From assembly GCA_964643685.1 (NCBI GenBank), contig CAZXTN010000003.1, positions 1 through 64,000 on the forward strand: DNA of 64,000 bases. The letters are read 5' to 3'. This document shows, piece after piece, positions 48,489 through 57,374 of this stretch (positions are counted from its first letter, which is position 1; every line of letters begins with the position of its first letter). Made by a program: the position numbers and the translations under genes. Source of the DNA: Candidatus Micrarchaeota archaeon (lineage in GTDB: Archaea; B1Sed10-29; JAJRYS01). Below the pieces are notes generated by a model that saw only the letters and a list, made by a program, of their open reading frames with translations, was not told the DNA's origin and ran no database searches.

Positions 48489-49235
48489 TCACTGCATTTC
48501 TTCTGCTATTTCTTTTTGTTCTTTTTCATATTTTTCTTTAAGAGCCTGCCTTTGTTTTTCGTAAATAACAGGCACTGCTTTTTTAATCAAGTCCATTGCC
48601 TTGTCAAATTCTTCTTTTGAAAAATCGCCGTCCATTTGCATTAGGACAACTTCTCCTGTTGACGGCACTATTCCCATTGGCATGTCTGCTTGCCCGAAGT
48701 TGTCTTCTTCTTTTCCTAGGTCAAGTATGACTTGGTCTCCTGCTTTTCCAGCAGCTACTCCTACTATTAAGTCTTTCATTGGCACTCCTGCGTCTGCTAC
48801 TGCAACTGAAGCTGCTGTTAATGCAGCGCATCTTGTGCCTGCGTCTGCTTGCAGTATTTCTACAAAAATGTCTATTGATGCTTTTGGGAAGTAGTTTGTA
48901 AAGATGACTTTTTCAAATGCTTCTTGTGATATTTTTGATATTTCAGTTGACCTTCTGTCTGGTCCTGGTCTTTTCCTGTCTTCAACTGAGAATGGAGCCA
49001 TGTTGTACCTGTATCTGATTCTTGCTTTTAATGGGTCTTGTTCGTGCCTTGGGAGGCATTCTCTTGGCCCGTAAACAGCTGCTAGGACTTTGTTCTTGCC
49101 CCATTCAAGCAAGCATGAACCATCTGCTCTTTTAAGCACTCCTGCTGTTATTTTCAAGTCTCTTAATTCGTCAAATTTTCTTCCGTCTATTCTTTTTCCG
49201 TTTTTAAATAATTCAATTTCTTTGCTTCCGCTCAT
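48489..49235 (-). CDS. rrp41: Exosome subunit Rrp41
   Basis: RIDGR..ELR, VYGPRE, YNMAPFS, QADAGTR, DMP. Confidence 0.96.
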   Translation of the reverse strand: MSGSKEIELFKNGKRIDGRKFDELRDLKITAGVLKRADGSCLLEWGKNKVLAAVYGPRECLPRHEQDPLKARIRYRYNMAPFSVEDRKRPGPDRRSTEISKISQEAFEKVIFTNYFPKASIDIFVEILQADAGTRCAALTAASVAVADAGVPMKDLIVGVAAGKAGDQVILDLGKEEDNFGQADMPMGIVPSTGEVVLMQMDGDFSKEEFDKAMDLIKKAVPVIYEKQRQALKEKYEKEQKEIAEEMQ

Positions 49236-49249
49236 TTTTCATTCACCTT

Positions 49250-49855
49250 TTAGTTTTTGTTTTTCAATTCTTCATCTAGGAATTTAGTTATTTTGTCAGT
49301 TAATCCTGAAGTGTGTGCTTCTTTTTCTATTTTGTAAATTGCTTTCTTCAGAATGTTTGAGTTTTCTCCTTTGATCCATATTCTTCCGTTTCTGCCTATG
49401 AATAGGTTGCATCCTGTCTTATTTTTCAAAAGTTCTATCATGGAATTCTTTTTTCCAATGACTCTTGGTATTCTAACAGGGGAGATTTCTACAATTTCTC
49501 CTTCATATAATTGTCTTTCGTCTCCGAGTTTTGTGGATTTTACTTCATCAACTTCGAAGATTTTAGCAAAAACCACGTCTCCTTTTTTGTATTCTCTTCT
49601 TGTAGGTAGGAAAGCAGTGTAGGGGGAGTTGATGTCAACAACTGCTCCTCCGAATTTTGCTTCTTCAATGACTCCTACTACAAGGTCTCCTTCTGAGGGA
49701 ATGTATTTTCCGCTTAATGGGATTATTTTTTCCCTTCCTTCGTTTTCAGTAAGGACTCCGTAAACGCTTGAATAAAAATCGTTTCCTTTTCTGTAGGAAT
49801 ACATTCCTCTTGCATTTACTTTGTCTCCTGGTAAAACAATTCTTTTTTCGCTCAT
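49250..49855 (-). CDS. rrp4: Exosome RNA-binding subunit Rrp4
   Basis: IVLPGD, YIP..GD.V.G, PRVIGK..SM, GRNGRIW. Confidence 0.93.
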   Translation of the reverse strand: MSEKRIVLPGDKVNARGMYSYRKGNDFYSSVYGVLTENEGREKIIPLSGKYIPSEGDLVVGVIEEAKFGGAVVDINSPYTAFLPTRREYKKGDVVFAKIFEVDEVKSTKLGDERQLYEGEIVEISPVRIPRVIGKKNSMIELLKNKTGCNLFIGRNGRIWIKGENSNILKKAIYKIEKEAHTSGLTDKITKFLDEELKNKN

Positions 49856-49899
49856 TTCAAATCACTCTCTTTCAAAACTTTTTTTTAAAAAAAATTTGT

Positions 49900-50598
49900 T
49901 TATTTTCTTTCAATTACCTTAAATTCTGCTTCTCCGTGTGTTATTTTGTTTATTTTGTCTTCAAAATCAGATTTCATTCCAGCTGGGATTTCAATTACGC
50001 AGTAGTAACTTCCATCATTCATCCATTGTTCTTTGGTTCTTTTCAAAGTTTTTAGGTAACCTACTGCTTTTCCTGAGTAAGTAGCAGGGACTCTGACAAC
50101 TATTTCATCAACTTCCATTTTGATAGGAAGAACTTTTTTCATTTTAGCAAGGACGCTTTCAACTTGTGATTCGGCTGACTTGAAAATGTCAACAGGGCAT
50201 TTTGCTTCTTCAAAAGCTTTTTCCAATCTTTTAAGTGTATGTGGCACGTGTGTTCTTGGGTCAACAGCGCTTATTGAAATCAAATGAAGCACTTGTTTTT
50301 TCTTCTCTTCCATCATTCTGTGCCTTTGTTCAGTTGTAAGTTGAATTTCTCCTTTTTTAATAATCACTGGAACAATTTGCTTGTAGTCAGTTGTTCCAAA
50401 AACTTTAATTAAATCCTCTTCAGATGCTTTTTTAGCTTTTGATGAATCAGAGTAAATGTCAGAAGCAGCTATTAAGTCATCAACTTCAATTTCCTTGCCT
50501 TGTTTGAAGTCCCTTGAAAGTTCAGGGTCAACAAGAGCTTCAAAATGCATTTCTCCTTTTTTGTATCTTGCAATTACTGCTTTATCCAAACTAATCAT
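49900..50598 (-). CDS. Ribosome maturation protein SBDS/Sdo1
   Basis: ARY..G.HFE.LVDP, GEIQLTTEQR, DPRT..PH, EIPAG. Confidence 0.95.
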   Translation of the reverse strand: MISLDKAVIARYKKGEMHFEALVDPELSRDFKQGKEIEVDDLIAASDIYSDSSKAKKASEEDLIKVFGTTDYKQIVPVIIKKGEIQLTTEQRHRMMEEKKKQVLHLISISAVDPRTHVPHTLKRLEKAFEEAKCPVDIFKSAESQVESVLAKMKKVLPIKMEVDEIVVRVPATYSGKAVGYLKTLKRTKEQWMNDGSYYCVIEIPAGMKSDFEDKINKITHGEAEFKVIERK

Positions 50599-50665
50599 TT
50601 TCACAAACCCTCTTTAAATAAAAATAAAAGCAAAGGAAGAGAAGCAAAACAAAAATTTGTTTGCT

Positions 50666-51385
50666 TTACTTCACTTTAGATATGTACTTCTGAAGAACAT
50701 CTTTTTCCAATTTAGTGTATTTCCTGGTTTTTTTAGGAATGTAATAAACGTCAACAGTTTCCTTGCTTATTTTCTTATCACCTACTTTTTTAAGAGTCTT
50801 TAAAGCAAGCATTACTGCTTCTTCAAAAGACGCTGCTTCTTTATACTCTTTTTGAAGAAAAGCCTCTGCTTCAGCTTTTCCTCCTCCAATTGCAGCTGCA
50901 TACAGTTCATTGAACGCGCCTGAAGGATCTGTTTCAAACAATCTGGCGCCAGTGTCATCAACGCCTGTTATTAAAAGAGATGCTCCGAAAGGACGAGCTC
51001 CTCCAAATTGAGTATATGCCTGCTTCAAATCACAAACATCTTGAGTGAGAGTTTGAATATCAATTGGTTTTCCGTAAATTAATTTTTCTTCTTGCGCAAC
51101 TATCCTTGCATGGTCAACAAGCCTCCTGGCATCTGCAACCAAGCCAGAAGTAGCAACTCCAACATGCTCATCTATTTGGAATATTTTTTCAATAGACTCT
51201 CCTCTAAGCAGTTTTGAATTAATATTTTTGTCAACAGCTAATAAAACGCCATCTTTGTAAATCATTCCAAGAGCAGTTGTTCCTCTTTTAACAGCTTCTC
51301 TTGCATATTCTACTTGAAACAGCCTTCCATCTGGGCTGAAAACAGTTATTGCGCGGTCATAAGCCGACGGCGACGCTGGATACAT
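50666..51385 (-). CDS. psmA: Proteasome alpha subunit
   Basis: YDRAITVFSPDGRLFQVEYAREAV, SGLVADAR, RPFG, ETDPSG. Confidence 0.98.
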   Translation of the reverse strand: MYPASPSAYDRAITVFSPDGRLFQVEYAREAVKRGTTALGMIYKDGVLLAVDKNINSKLLRGESIEKIFQIDEHVGVATSGLVADARRLVDHARIVAQEEKLIYGKPIDIQTLTQDVCDLKQAYTQFGGARPFGASLLITGVDDTGARLFETDPSGAFNELYAAAIGGGKAEAEAFLQKEYKEAASFEEAVMLALKTLKKVGDKKISKETVDVYYIPKKTRKYTKLEKDVLQKYISKVK

Positions 51386-51652
51386 AAACAATTACCTCCG
51401 TTTTTTCAAAAAAGGCAAAAGGCAAAACATTTTTTTAAAGCAAGTTAAAAATGAATCTTCTGGTAAGAAAAAATTCAAATTGCCTTTTTTTCCTAAAAAA
51501 GATAAACACTTTTTATTTATAAATTAGTTTTCCAAGGACTCTATACCTCAGCCAATTACCTCACTAATTTTTAAATTTTTTCACAACTGAGTTTAACATA
51601 TGAAATAAATCCTTTTTATAACTTACTTTTCACTGACGTTGGATAGAAAAAA

Positions 51653-51988
51653 TTATTTTTTAATAAAAGAATCTGCTTTTTTAACAGTTCCTGTTACCCT
51701 TATTATTTTAACAACAATTTTTTCATTTTCAATTTTTTCAAAAAAACCAAGAGCAAACAAAACCAGATTTAAATAATCATTATTGACTCTTATAATCCCT
51801 GCTTTCTGCTTTTCATAATACTTAACAAGCCAAAAACCTGAATTTGAAAATCCAAACAAGCCAAGCGCTTTAAAAATAACATTATTAATTTCTTTCTCAA
51901 CTTGCTTTTTTGAAAAAACCTTGCTTGAAGCGATTTCAAAAGCAACATACCTTCTTCTATCTCTTAAAGTAGGGGGAAGTGGTTTCAT
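51653..51988 (-). CDS. rnp2: RNase P protein Pop5
   Basis: LPPTLRDRRRYVAF, GIIRV, VTGTVKK. Confidence 0.9.
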   Translation of the reverse strand: MKPLPPTLRDRRRYVAFEIASSKVFSKKQVEKEINNVIFKALGLFGFSNSGFWLVKYYEKQKAGIIRVNNDYLNLVLFALGFFEKIENEKIVVKIIRVTGTVKKADSFIKK

Positions 51989-52051
51989 CAGCAATTCAAC
52001 CTCTTTCAAACTTCTTTTTTTCAACTCCTATTAAAATTAAATGAATTCAAA

Positions 52052-52522
52052 TCAATGAACATAAGGTTCATATGCTTGGTTTAAACTCCATTTCGCCTGA
52101 GGCTTGCTCATGCCTAAAAACATGCCGAAACCAATAAGCACATTAGCATCTTTTAACCTGCTTTCATCTCGTGCATTTGAACAAATAAGAATATTATTCT
52201 TCTGCTTCAAGCAAATCTTAACAGCTTCTTTCAAATTCCTTAAATAAAGCACTTGGCTTACTCCTTTTAGGTTCAAAACAGAGTTTAAAGAAAAAGCAAT
52301 TGAAACATTGTTATCTTTGGCTATTTGAGCTACTGCAGTGTCAAACTCTTTTGTAAAAGAAACAGGGTCAAGGAGAACCTGAACTCCTTTTGTCCTGACA
52401 ATCTTTCTATTAAGCTCAAGGCTTCCTCCTTGCTTGATTTTAACATCTTTTTCAGACAAGTACTTTTTAAAACCCATTTCACTGGCTTTGCTTTTCAACT
52501 CATCTGAAACCAAATCGTACAA
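52052..52522 (-). CDS. rnp3: RNase P protein Rpp30 (short)
   Basis: LNRK, D...AQIAKDNNVSI, ICSNA; syntenic between rpl15e and rnp2. Confidence 0.75.
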   Translation of the reverse strand: MYDLVSDELKSKASEMGFKKYLSEKDVKIKQGGSLELNRKIVRTKGVQVLLDPVSFTKEFDTAVAQIAKDNNVSIAFSLNSVLNLKGVSQVLYLRNLKEAVKICLKQKNNILICSNARDESRLKDANVLIGFGMFLGMSKPQAKWSLNQAYEPYVH

Positions 52523-52533
52523 CGGTTAACACC

Positions 52534-53097
52534 TTAGTACTTTTTCCTCTGCTTGTTCTTGCTTCCTTTGGCTTTTGTCTTTGGCTTGGATTTCTTACCA
52601 GCGCTTGTCTTGTTCCTATGCACTCTTCTTGTCTCGCTGCAAATCCAATTCAAATCCTTGTCCTTCTTAATGGCAGGATGAGTAGGGTCAACCATTATAA
52701 CTTCAAACCACTTATACTGCCCATCCTCCATAACCAAATAAGAATTTAAAACCTCCAAGTTAGGGAACTTTCTTGCAATCCTCTCTTCAGCAATCAACTG
52801 AATAGACTTCTGCCTTTTAATTTTCCTAACACCCATTTTAGAGTGTCTTCTTCCAGCCCTCACTCTCTTATGAACACCGCTTCCTCTCCTAACTCTTATC
52901 CTGGCAACAACAACACCTTGCTTTGCCTTATAACCAAGTTCTCTTGCTCTTGGAATATTTGTCGGCTTACCTAGCCTGACAACAACAGGCTCTCTCCTTA
53001 ACTCAAGAAGCCTTCCTTTATGCATTTCCTTAGCTCCAGGCTCTTTGCCTTTCCATTCTTTTTGAAACAATTCCTTTATTCTCTTAATTGCACTCAT
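52534..53097 (-). CDS. rpl15e: 50S ribosomal protein L15e
   Basis: [40 protein letters not shown]. Confidence 0.97.
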   Translation of the reverse strand: MSAIKRIKELFQKEWKGKEPGAKEMHKGRLLELRREPVVVRLGKPTNIPRARELGYKAKQGVVVARIRVRRGSGVHKRVRAGRRHSKMGVRKIKRQKSIQLIAEERIARKFPNLEVLNSYLVMEDGQYKWFEVIMVDPTHPAIKKDKDLNWICSETRRVHRNKTSAGKKSKPKTKAKGSKNKQRKKY

Positions 53098-53116
53098 TTC
53101 TCAACACTCCTTTAAT

Positions 53117-53152
53117 TCATCGTTCTCCCTTTAAAGGGAACATTCGATACTG
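53117..53152 (-). promoter_or_regulatory. Putative eL15 ribosomal leader
   Basis: 5'UTR TCGAATGT-TCCC TTTAAA GGGA-GAACGA resembles the eL15-Euryarchaeota r-leader (recalled, not aligned). Confidence 0.5.
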
Positions 53153-53395
53153 CTTAAAAAAACAGTGAATTAATTATTGCATTAATTTATTTTTAAAGCT
53201 TTGGAACAACACAACTTTTTAAATGAAAAGGTTTAAAAACAAAACCATTAATAAATAATAAACACTCCTTCGACTACTTGCTTAACAAGACGTCCACAGG
53301 AGAAAAAAATAAAAAAAGATTCAATTAAAAAAAATGAATCTAATTTTAAAAAAAAAGAAATTTTAATTAAAACTTAAGGACAGGTGGAAAACAAA

Positions 53396-53986
53396 ATGGC
53401 TTCTTTGAAACCAGCAAAAACACAAAGAGAACCAAGAAGAGCTTGGACAAGAACAGCTAAAAGAAAAGTAAAAAAAGCATTCGTACGCGGAGTACCTGAC
53501 TCTCGTTTAAGAAGCTTTGACATGGGCTTTGCAAAACCAAAAGACTGCGAAATAGAACTAGACTTAGTGTCAAGCGAACATTTTCAAATGAGAGACAACT
53601 CACTTGAATCAGCAAGAGTCATGGCAAACAAAATATTTGAAAAAAAAATAGGAAGAGACTTCTACTACTTCAAAGTAAGAGTATTCCCACACCAATGCTT
53701 AAGAGAACATTCCATGCTAACAGGAGCAGGAGCAGACCGTTTATCATCTGGAATGAGAAAGCCATTCGGACGCCCAATAGGAAGAGCAGCTGTCGTGAAA
53801 AAAGGCCAGAAAATATTCACAGTATACACAATGAAACAATTTGAAAACCACGCAAAAGAAGGCTTGAAAAGAGCGGCAATGAAACTAAGCGGAAGCCCAA
53901 AAATCGTGATAAAAGACATTAGCAAAAACAAGCCTGAAAAACTAATGCCAGGAAAAAAGAAGAAAAAAAGAGACTTCAAAAAATAA
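53396..53986 (+). CDS. rpl10e: 50S ribosomal protein uL16 (L10e)
   Basis: LESARV, RVFPHQ.LREH..GAGADRLSSGMRKPFGRP.G. Confidence 0.96.
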   Translation: MASLKPAKTQREPRRAWTRTAKRKVKKAFVRGVPDSRLRSFDMGFAKPKDCEIELDLVSSEHFQMRDNSLESARVMANKIFEKKIGRDFYYFKVRVFPHQCLREHSMLTGAGADRLSSGMRKPFGRPIGRAAVVKKGQKIFTVYTMKQFENHAKEGLKRAAMKLSGSPKIVIKDISKNKPEKLMPGKKKKKRDFKK

Positions 53987-54145
53987 AACAACAAAGCAAC
54001 TTTTCTCATTTTTTTACTTTTTCTTATTTTATTCAATTAACAATTAGACTTAACTCTAAAAAAAGCTTTATTAATTCAAAAAAAGACAACTTAAAGTAAT
54101 AGGTAAAACAAATTCTTAAAAAAAAGGCAATTGAGGTTAATTAAA

Positions 54146-54718
54146 ATGAACAGTAGGCAAATACAAGAGATGGTAAAAAGAGAACTTGAAAAAAGAAAAG
54201 GTAACATGACAAGCGCAGCAAGCAATGCAGAAAAATCAAAGAAATCAGAACTGCTTCGTAGGAGAGCAGAATTAAAAGCATCATTGCTTAGAACAAACGC
54301 TGTTTCTGATAAAATAAATAAGAAATTAGTGGAAGGATTGATTAAAAAAAGCTTAAAAGAGCAGATAAAATACAACAGGGAAAGAGGATTGCCTACTGAA
54401 CAACTGGAATGGGATTTAAGGAGAACAAAGGAGATTGCTAATGAAATTTATGACAACCCTGAAGTGCAGAGGGCTTTGAATGAACAGAGGAGAGCAATAA
54501 GAACAAGCAGCAAAAAACAGCAGAGCAACACAATCATAGACAGTTTGCTTGGAGCAGGAGCTTTAGTAGTGGGATCCCCTGTAAATTTTTTACTTGCAAT
54601 GGGTTTAATAGGTAAAAAAACAGGCGAGCATGCCATAAAAAGAAAAAAACTAAAACCACTCCAAGAAGATATAAGAAAAAGGTTAAAAGAAAACAAAGAA
54701 AAATTGAAAGAAAGTTAA
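54146..54718 (+). CDS. Orphan basic coiled-coil protein with Gly-rich hydrophobic hairpin
   Basis: ORF with SD GAGGT; IIDSLLGAGALVVGSPVNFLLAMGLIG segment. Confidence 0.65.
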   Translation: MNSRQIQEMVKRELEKRKGNMTSAASNAEKSKKSELLRRRAELKASLLRTNAVSDKINKKLVEGLIKKSLKEQIKYNRERGLPTEQLEWDLRRTKEIANEIYDNPEVQRALNEQRRAIRTSSKKQQSNTIIDSLLGAGALVVGSPVNFLLAMGLIGKKTGEHAIKRKKLKPLQEDIRKRLKENKEKLKES

Positions 54719-54772
54719 ATAATCCTTTTTTTACTTACTTATTTTTTTAAAAGCAAACGTTTTAATGACTTG

Positions 54773-54882
54773 TTTTTTTGCCGTTAGGCAAAAAACCTTT
54801 TCAAACTTCAAAGAAGTTTGAACTTGGCTATTGAGGCGTAAGCCGAAAATAGCCTTATTGATGCAAACTTTTAAAGTTTGCT
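54773..54882. repeat. Four-hairpin cluster at tRNA-Ala 3' end
   Basis: TTTTTTGCC/GGCAAAAAA, TTCAAACTTC/GAAGTTTGAA, GGCTATT-GAGGCGTAAGCCGAA-AATAGCC, GCAAACTT/AAGTTTGC. Confidence 0.75.
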
Positions 54883-54883
54883 A

Positions 54884-54995
54884 TGGACTCGGCGGGAGTT
54901 GAACCCGCGGCCTCTCCCACGCCAAGGGAGCAATCTGTAGCGAAAACAATCCGTTTGGGGAAGTGGGTTTGTTTTTACCACTGATCTACGAGCCC
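54884..54995 (-). tRNA. tRNA-Ala(GGC) with 40-nt intron at position 20/21 (54937-54976)
   Basis: GGGCTCG/CGAGTCC-A acceptor with G3:U70, CTCCC-TTGGCGT-GGGAG anticodon arm, GTTCAACTC; canonical BHB at the intron ends. Confidence 0.93.
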
Positions 54996-55133
54996 GGTTG
55001 TAAAGAAAGGTTTTTTGCTGGTTAAATTTAGTTTTTTGGTTATTTTTAATTGTTTTTGAAGAATAAGGATTTGATTTAAATTAAGGAGAAGGGAAGGTGG
55101 GGGCTTCCTTTCTTTTGAAGGGTTTTTTGCTGT

Positions 55134-55358
55134 TTAAGGTGAAACGTATAGTATGTTGTCTCCTCTTACTATTACTGTGCCTATTTTTGATTTCAGTTGC
55201 TCGTTTTCAAGTTCTTCTGCTTCGTCAAGCACTAGGTTCATGTGTTGGTCAAATGCTTTTAGTTTTCCTCTTAGTTGCTTGTTGCCTTTTAGTCTTACTA
55301 GTACTTGTTGGTTCATTTCTTTGTTCAGCAAGTCAAATGGTCTTGTTATTGATTCCAT
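55134..55358 (-). CDS. Sm-like archaeal protein (SmAP1/Lsm)
   Basis: RPFDLL, GKLKAFDQHMNLVL, IVRGDNI. Confidence 0.96.
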   Translation of the reverse strand: MESITRPFDLLNKEMNQQVLVRLKGNKQLRGKLKAFDQHMNLVLDEAEELENEQLKSKIGTVIVRGDNILYVSP

Positions 55359-55367
55359 GTTTTTAAT

Positions 55368-56141
55368 TCACCTCTTTTTTAAAAATTTAAATAAACTTGA
55401 AAACAAGCTTTTTTTTGCTTGTTTTTTTGTATAGGGGATTCCTGTGATTTCAGATGCTGTTTTTATTATTTCTTGGATGGATTCGTTTGATTCGTTTGTT
55501 TTAATGAGTGGTTTTCCTTTTAAAACGCTTTTTTTAAGTTCTTCATCTACTTTTATTCTAGCTAGGATTGGGACGTTTAAGAGGGATGTGATGTCTTTTT
55601 CGCTTAATTCTCCTTTGGTTTTTTTAATCATGTTTAGGATGACTCCTTTGACTTCTGAGCCCATTTTTTCAGCTGTTAGGTAAGTTTTGTAGCCGTCTGT
55701 GGCGCTCATTGGCTCTAGGGTCATTACGAGGATTGTTTCGCTGCATGCTGCAAAGCAGGCGATTGTGTCTCTGCCTATTCCTGCTGGGCAGTCAACTAAG
55801 ACGTAGTCTGCTTTTTTTTTGAATTCTTTGATGATTGTGATTAGTTTGTCTGGGTCTATTCTTTTGAATTGCTGTGGTGAGATTCCTGCTGGCACGAACC
55901 AGGCGTTTTTGTCAACTTCGTAGAGTACGTCGTTTATTTCAGCTTCTCCGCTTATTACTTCTTTTAAGGTGATTGGTCTGCCTTCCATTCCGAGAACTAG
56001 TTCAAGGTTAGCCATGTCTAAGTCAGCGTCGACCATTATTACTTTTTTTCCTAGTTTAGATAAAGCTAGTCCTAAGTTTGCTGTGATTGTTGTTTTGCCT
56101 ACTCCTCCTTTTCCAGAGGCTATTGCAATTGCTTTGCTCAT
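55368..56141 (-). CDS. minD: MinD-family ATPase
   Basis: SGKGGVGKTT, DADL.MANL, DCPAG; C-terminal amphipathic helix (SLFSSLFKFL). Confidence 0.9.
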   Translation of the reverse strand: MSKAIAIASGKGGVGKTTITANLGLALSKLGKKVIMVDADLDMANLELVLGMEGRPITLKEVISGEAEINDVLYEVDKNAWFVPAGISPQQFKRIDPDKLITIIKEFKKKADYVLVDCPAGIGRDTIACFAACSETILVMTLEPMSATDGYKTYLTAEKMGSEVKGVILNMIKKTKGELSEKDITSLLNVPILARIKVDEELKKSVLKGKPLIKTNESNESIQEIIKTASEITGIPYTKKQAKKSLFSSLFKFLKKR

Positions 56142-56182
56142 TTTTTTTCTCTCCTCTTAATAACTTGCTGTTGGAATTTTTT

Positions 56183-56635
56183 TCACTTCAAGTTGAAATT
56201 TTGGATTCCTTTGTTTATTTTTTTGACAATTTGTCTTGTTTCAATTGCTGAAATGTCACCTGATGTTCTGAATATGTATGTTAAGTCATCTTCTGTATAT
56301 AAAACATTATAATGTTCTTTGTCTTTCACTATTAAGAGGTTTGCGTTTGGAAATTCTGTTTTAATGAATTCCTGTAAGGAAGTTGATTTTATTGCTTTTT
56401 CAAATGCTTGTTCTTTTTCAGTTGACATTAAAACGCTGCCGTCTTTTTTTGAAACAATTACTGAGTCAAGCGCGTAGTCTTCAACTACATTTTTAACATA
56501 GCCATCTGGTTCTTTTGCTTCTTCTCTTTTTTTCTGTTCAATTAATTCAAGGAGGATTTGGATTCTTTTTTCAAGTTTTTCTTCTTTGGTTTTCTTGTTT
56601 AAAATTTTATAAGCTATTTTTTTAAAAAAACTCAT
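56183..56635 (-). CDS. Hypothetical protein, roadblock/profilin-like C-terminal domain
   Basis: Amphipathic N-terminus, coiled coil, then LDSVIVSKKDGSVLMST pattern. Confidence 0.5.
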   Translation of the reverse strand: MSFFKKIAYKILNKKTKEEKLEKRIQILLELIEQKKREEAKEPDGYVKNVVEDYALDSVIVSKKDGSVLMSTEKEQAFEKAIKSTSLQEFIKTEFPNANLLIVKDKEHYNVLYTEDDLTYIFRTSGDISAIETRQIVKKINKGIQNFNLK

Positions 56636-56696
56636 TTTCAAGCGTCACCTTTTTTTTAGTTGATTTCTAGTTACTCAGAAGTAGTTAATTAACATT

Positions 56697-57338
56697 TCAT
56701 CTTTTTTTCAGAAGCTTAGCTAGTTTTGAAAACCTGTCGCTTGCATCTTCTTTTTTTGTCTTCTCCTGTTTTTCTTGGTTTTTTGAAAGTGTTTTTTTAA
56801 TTTCATCATTTTCTGATTTTGCCTTGTTTAAAAGCTGAGCCATTGAAGAATCTTTTGCAATTGTTTTAGTTAACCCGAATTTTTTAAACAAGTCTTCTTT
56901 TTGAATGCCTTCTCCTGATTCTTCAGCAAGCTGTTTTTCATAATCTTCTTTGAAGTAATTCAGTATTTTTAAATTTTCTTTGTCTACTGCTTGTTTCAGG
57001 TTGTTCTCTTCATTTAAAGTGAGAATCAACTGCACTTGATAAGAATTGAGTGAAAACAAGTCAATCACACCTATTTTTGCATTCAAGGCATTCAAGCTTC
57101 TTTCAAGAGCTTCTTCTGCTAAAAAGCTTTTGTTAAACTTGTAATAATCATAGTTAGAGGAGACAATTTTGCCGTTGCTGAATACGACTATTCCTTCTTC
57201 TAAACCTTGTTTTCCATGAATGGTTATGCAGAAATACCCGTTGAAGCTTTCATCCATTAATTTTTTCACGTACTGCGCAGGCACAATGCTTGCCAATTCT
57301 TTTCCTGTTTCAACAGGGCTTCCAGCAGACAATTTCAT
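56697..57338 (-). CDS. DUF2226-family protein
   Basis: FNGYFCITI.G..GLEEGIVVF.NGKIV; L....N; EDLFKKFGL. Confidence 0.75.
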   Translation of the reverse strand: MKLSAGSPVETGKELASIVPAQYVKKLMDESFNGYFCITIHGKQGLEEGIVVFSNGKIVSSNYDYYKFNKSFLAEEALERSLNALNAKIGVIDLFSLNSYQVQLILTLNEENNLKQAVDKENLKILNYFKEDYEKQLAEESGEGIQKEDLFKKFGLTKTIAKDSSMAQLLNKAKSENDEIKKTLSKNQEKQEKTKKEDASDRFSKLAKLLKKR

Positions 57339-57374
57339 TTTAAAAAAAACAACTCCCTTAAATTTTCTTTTAAT

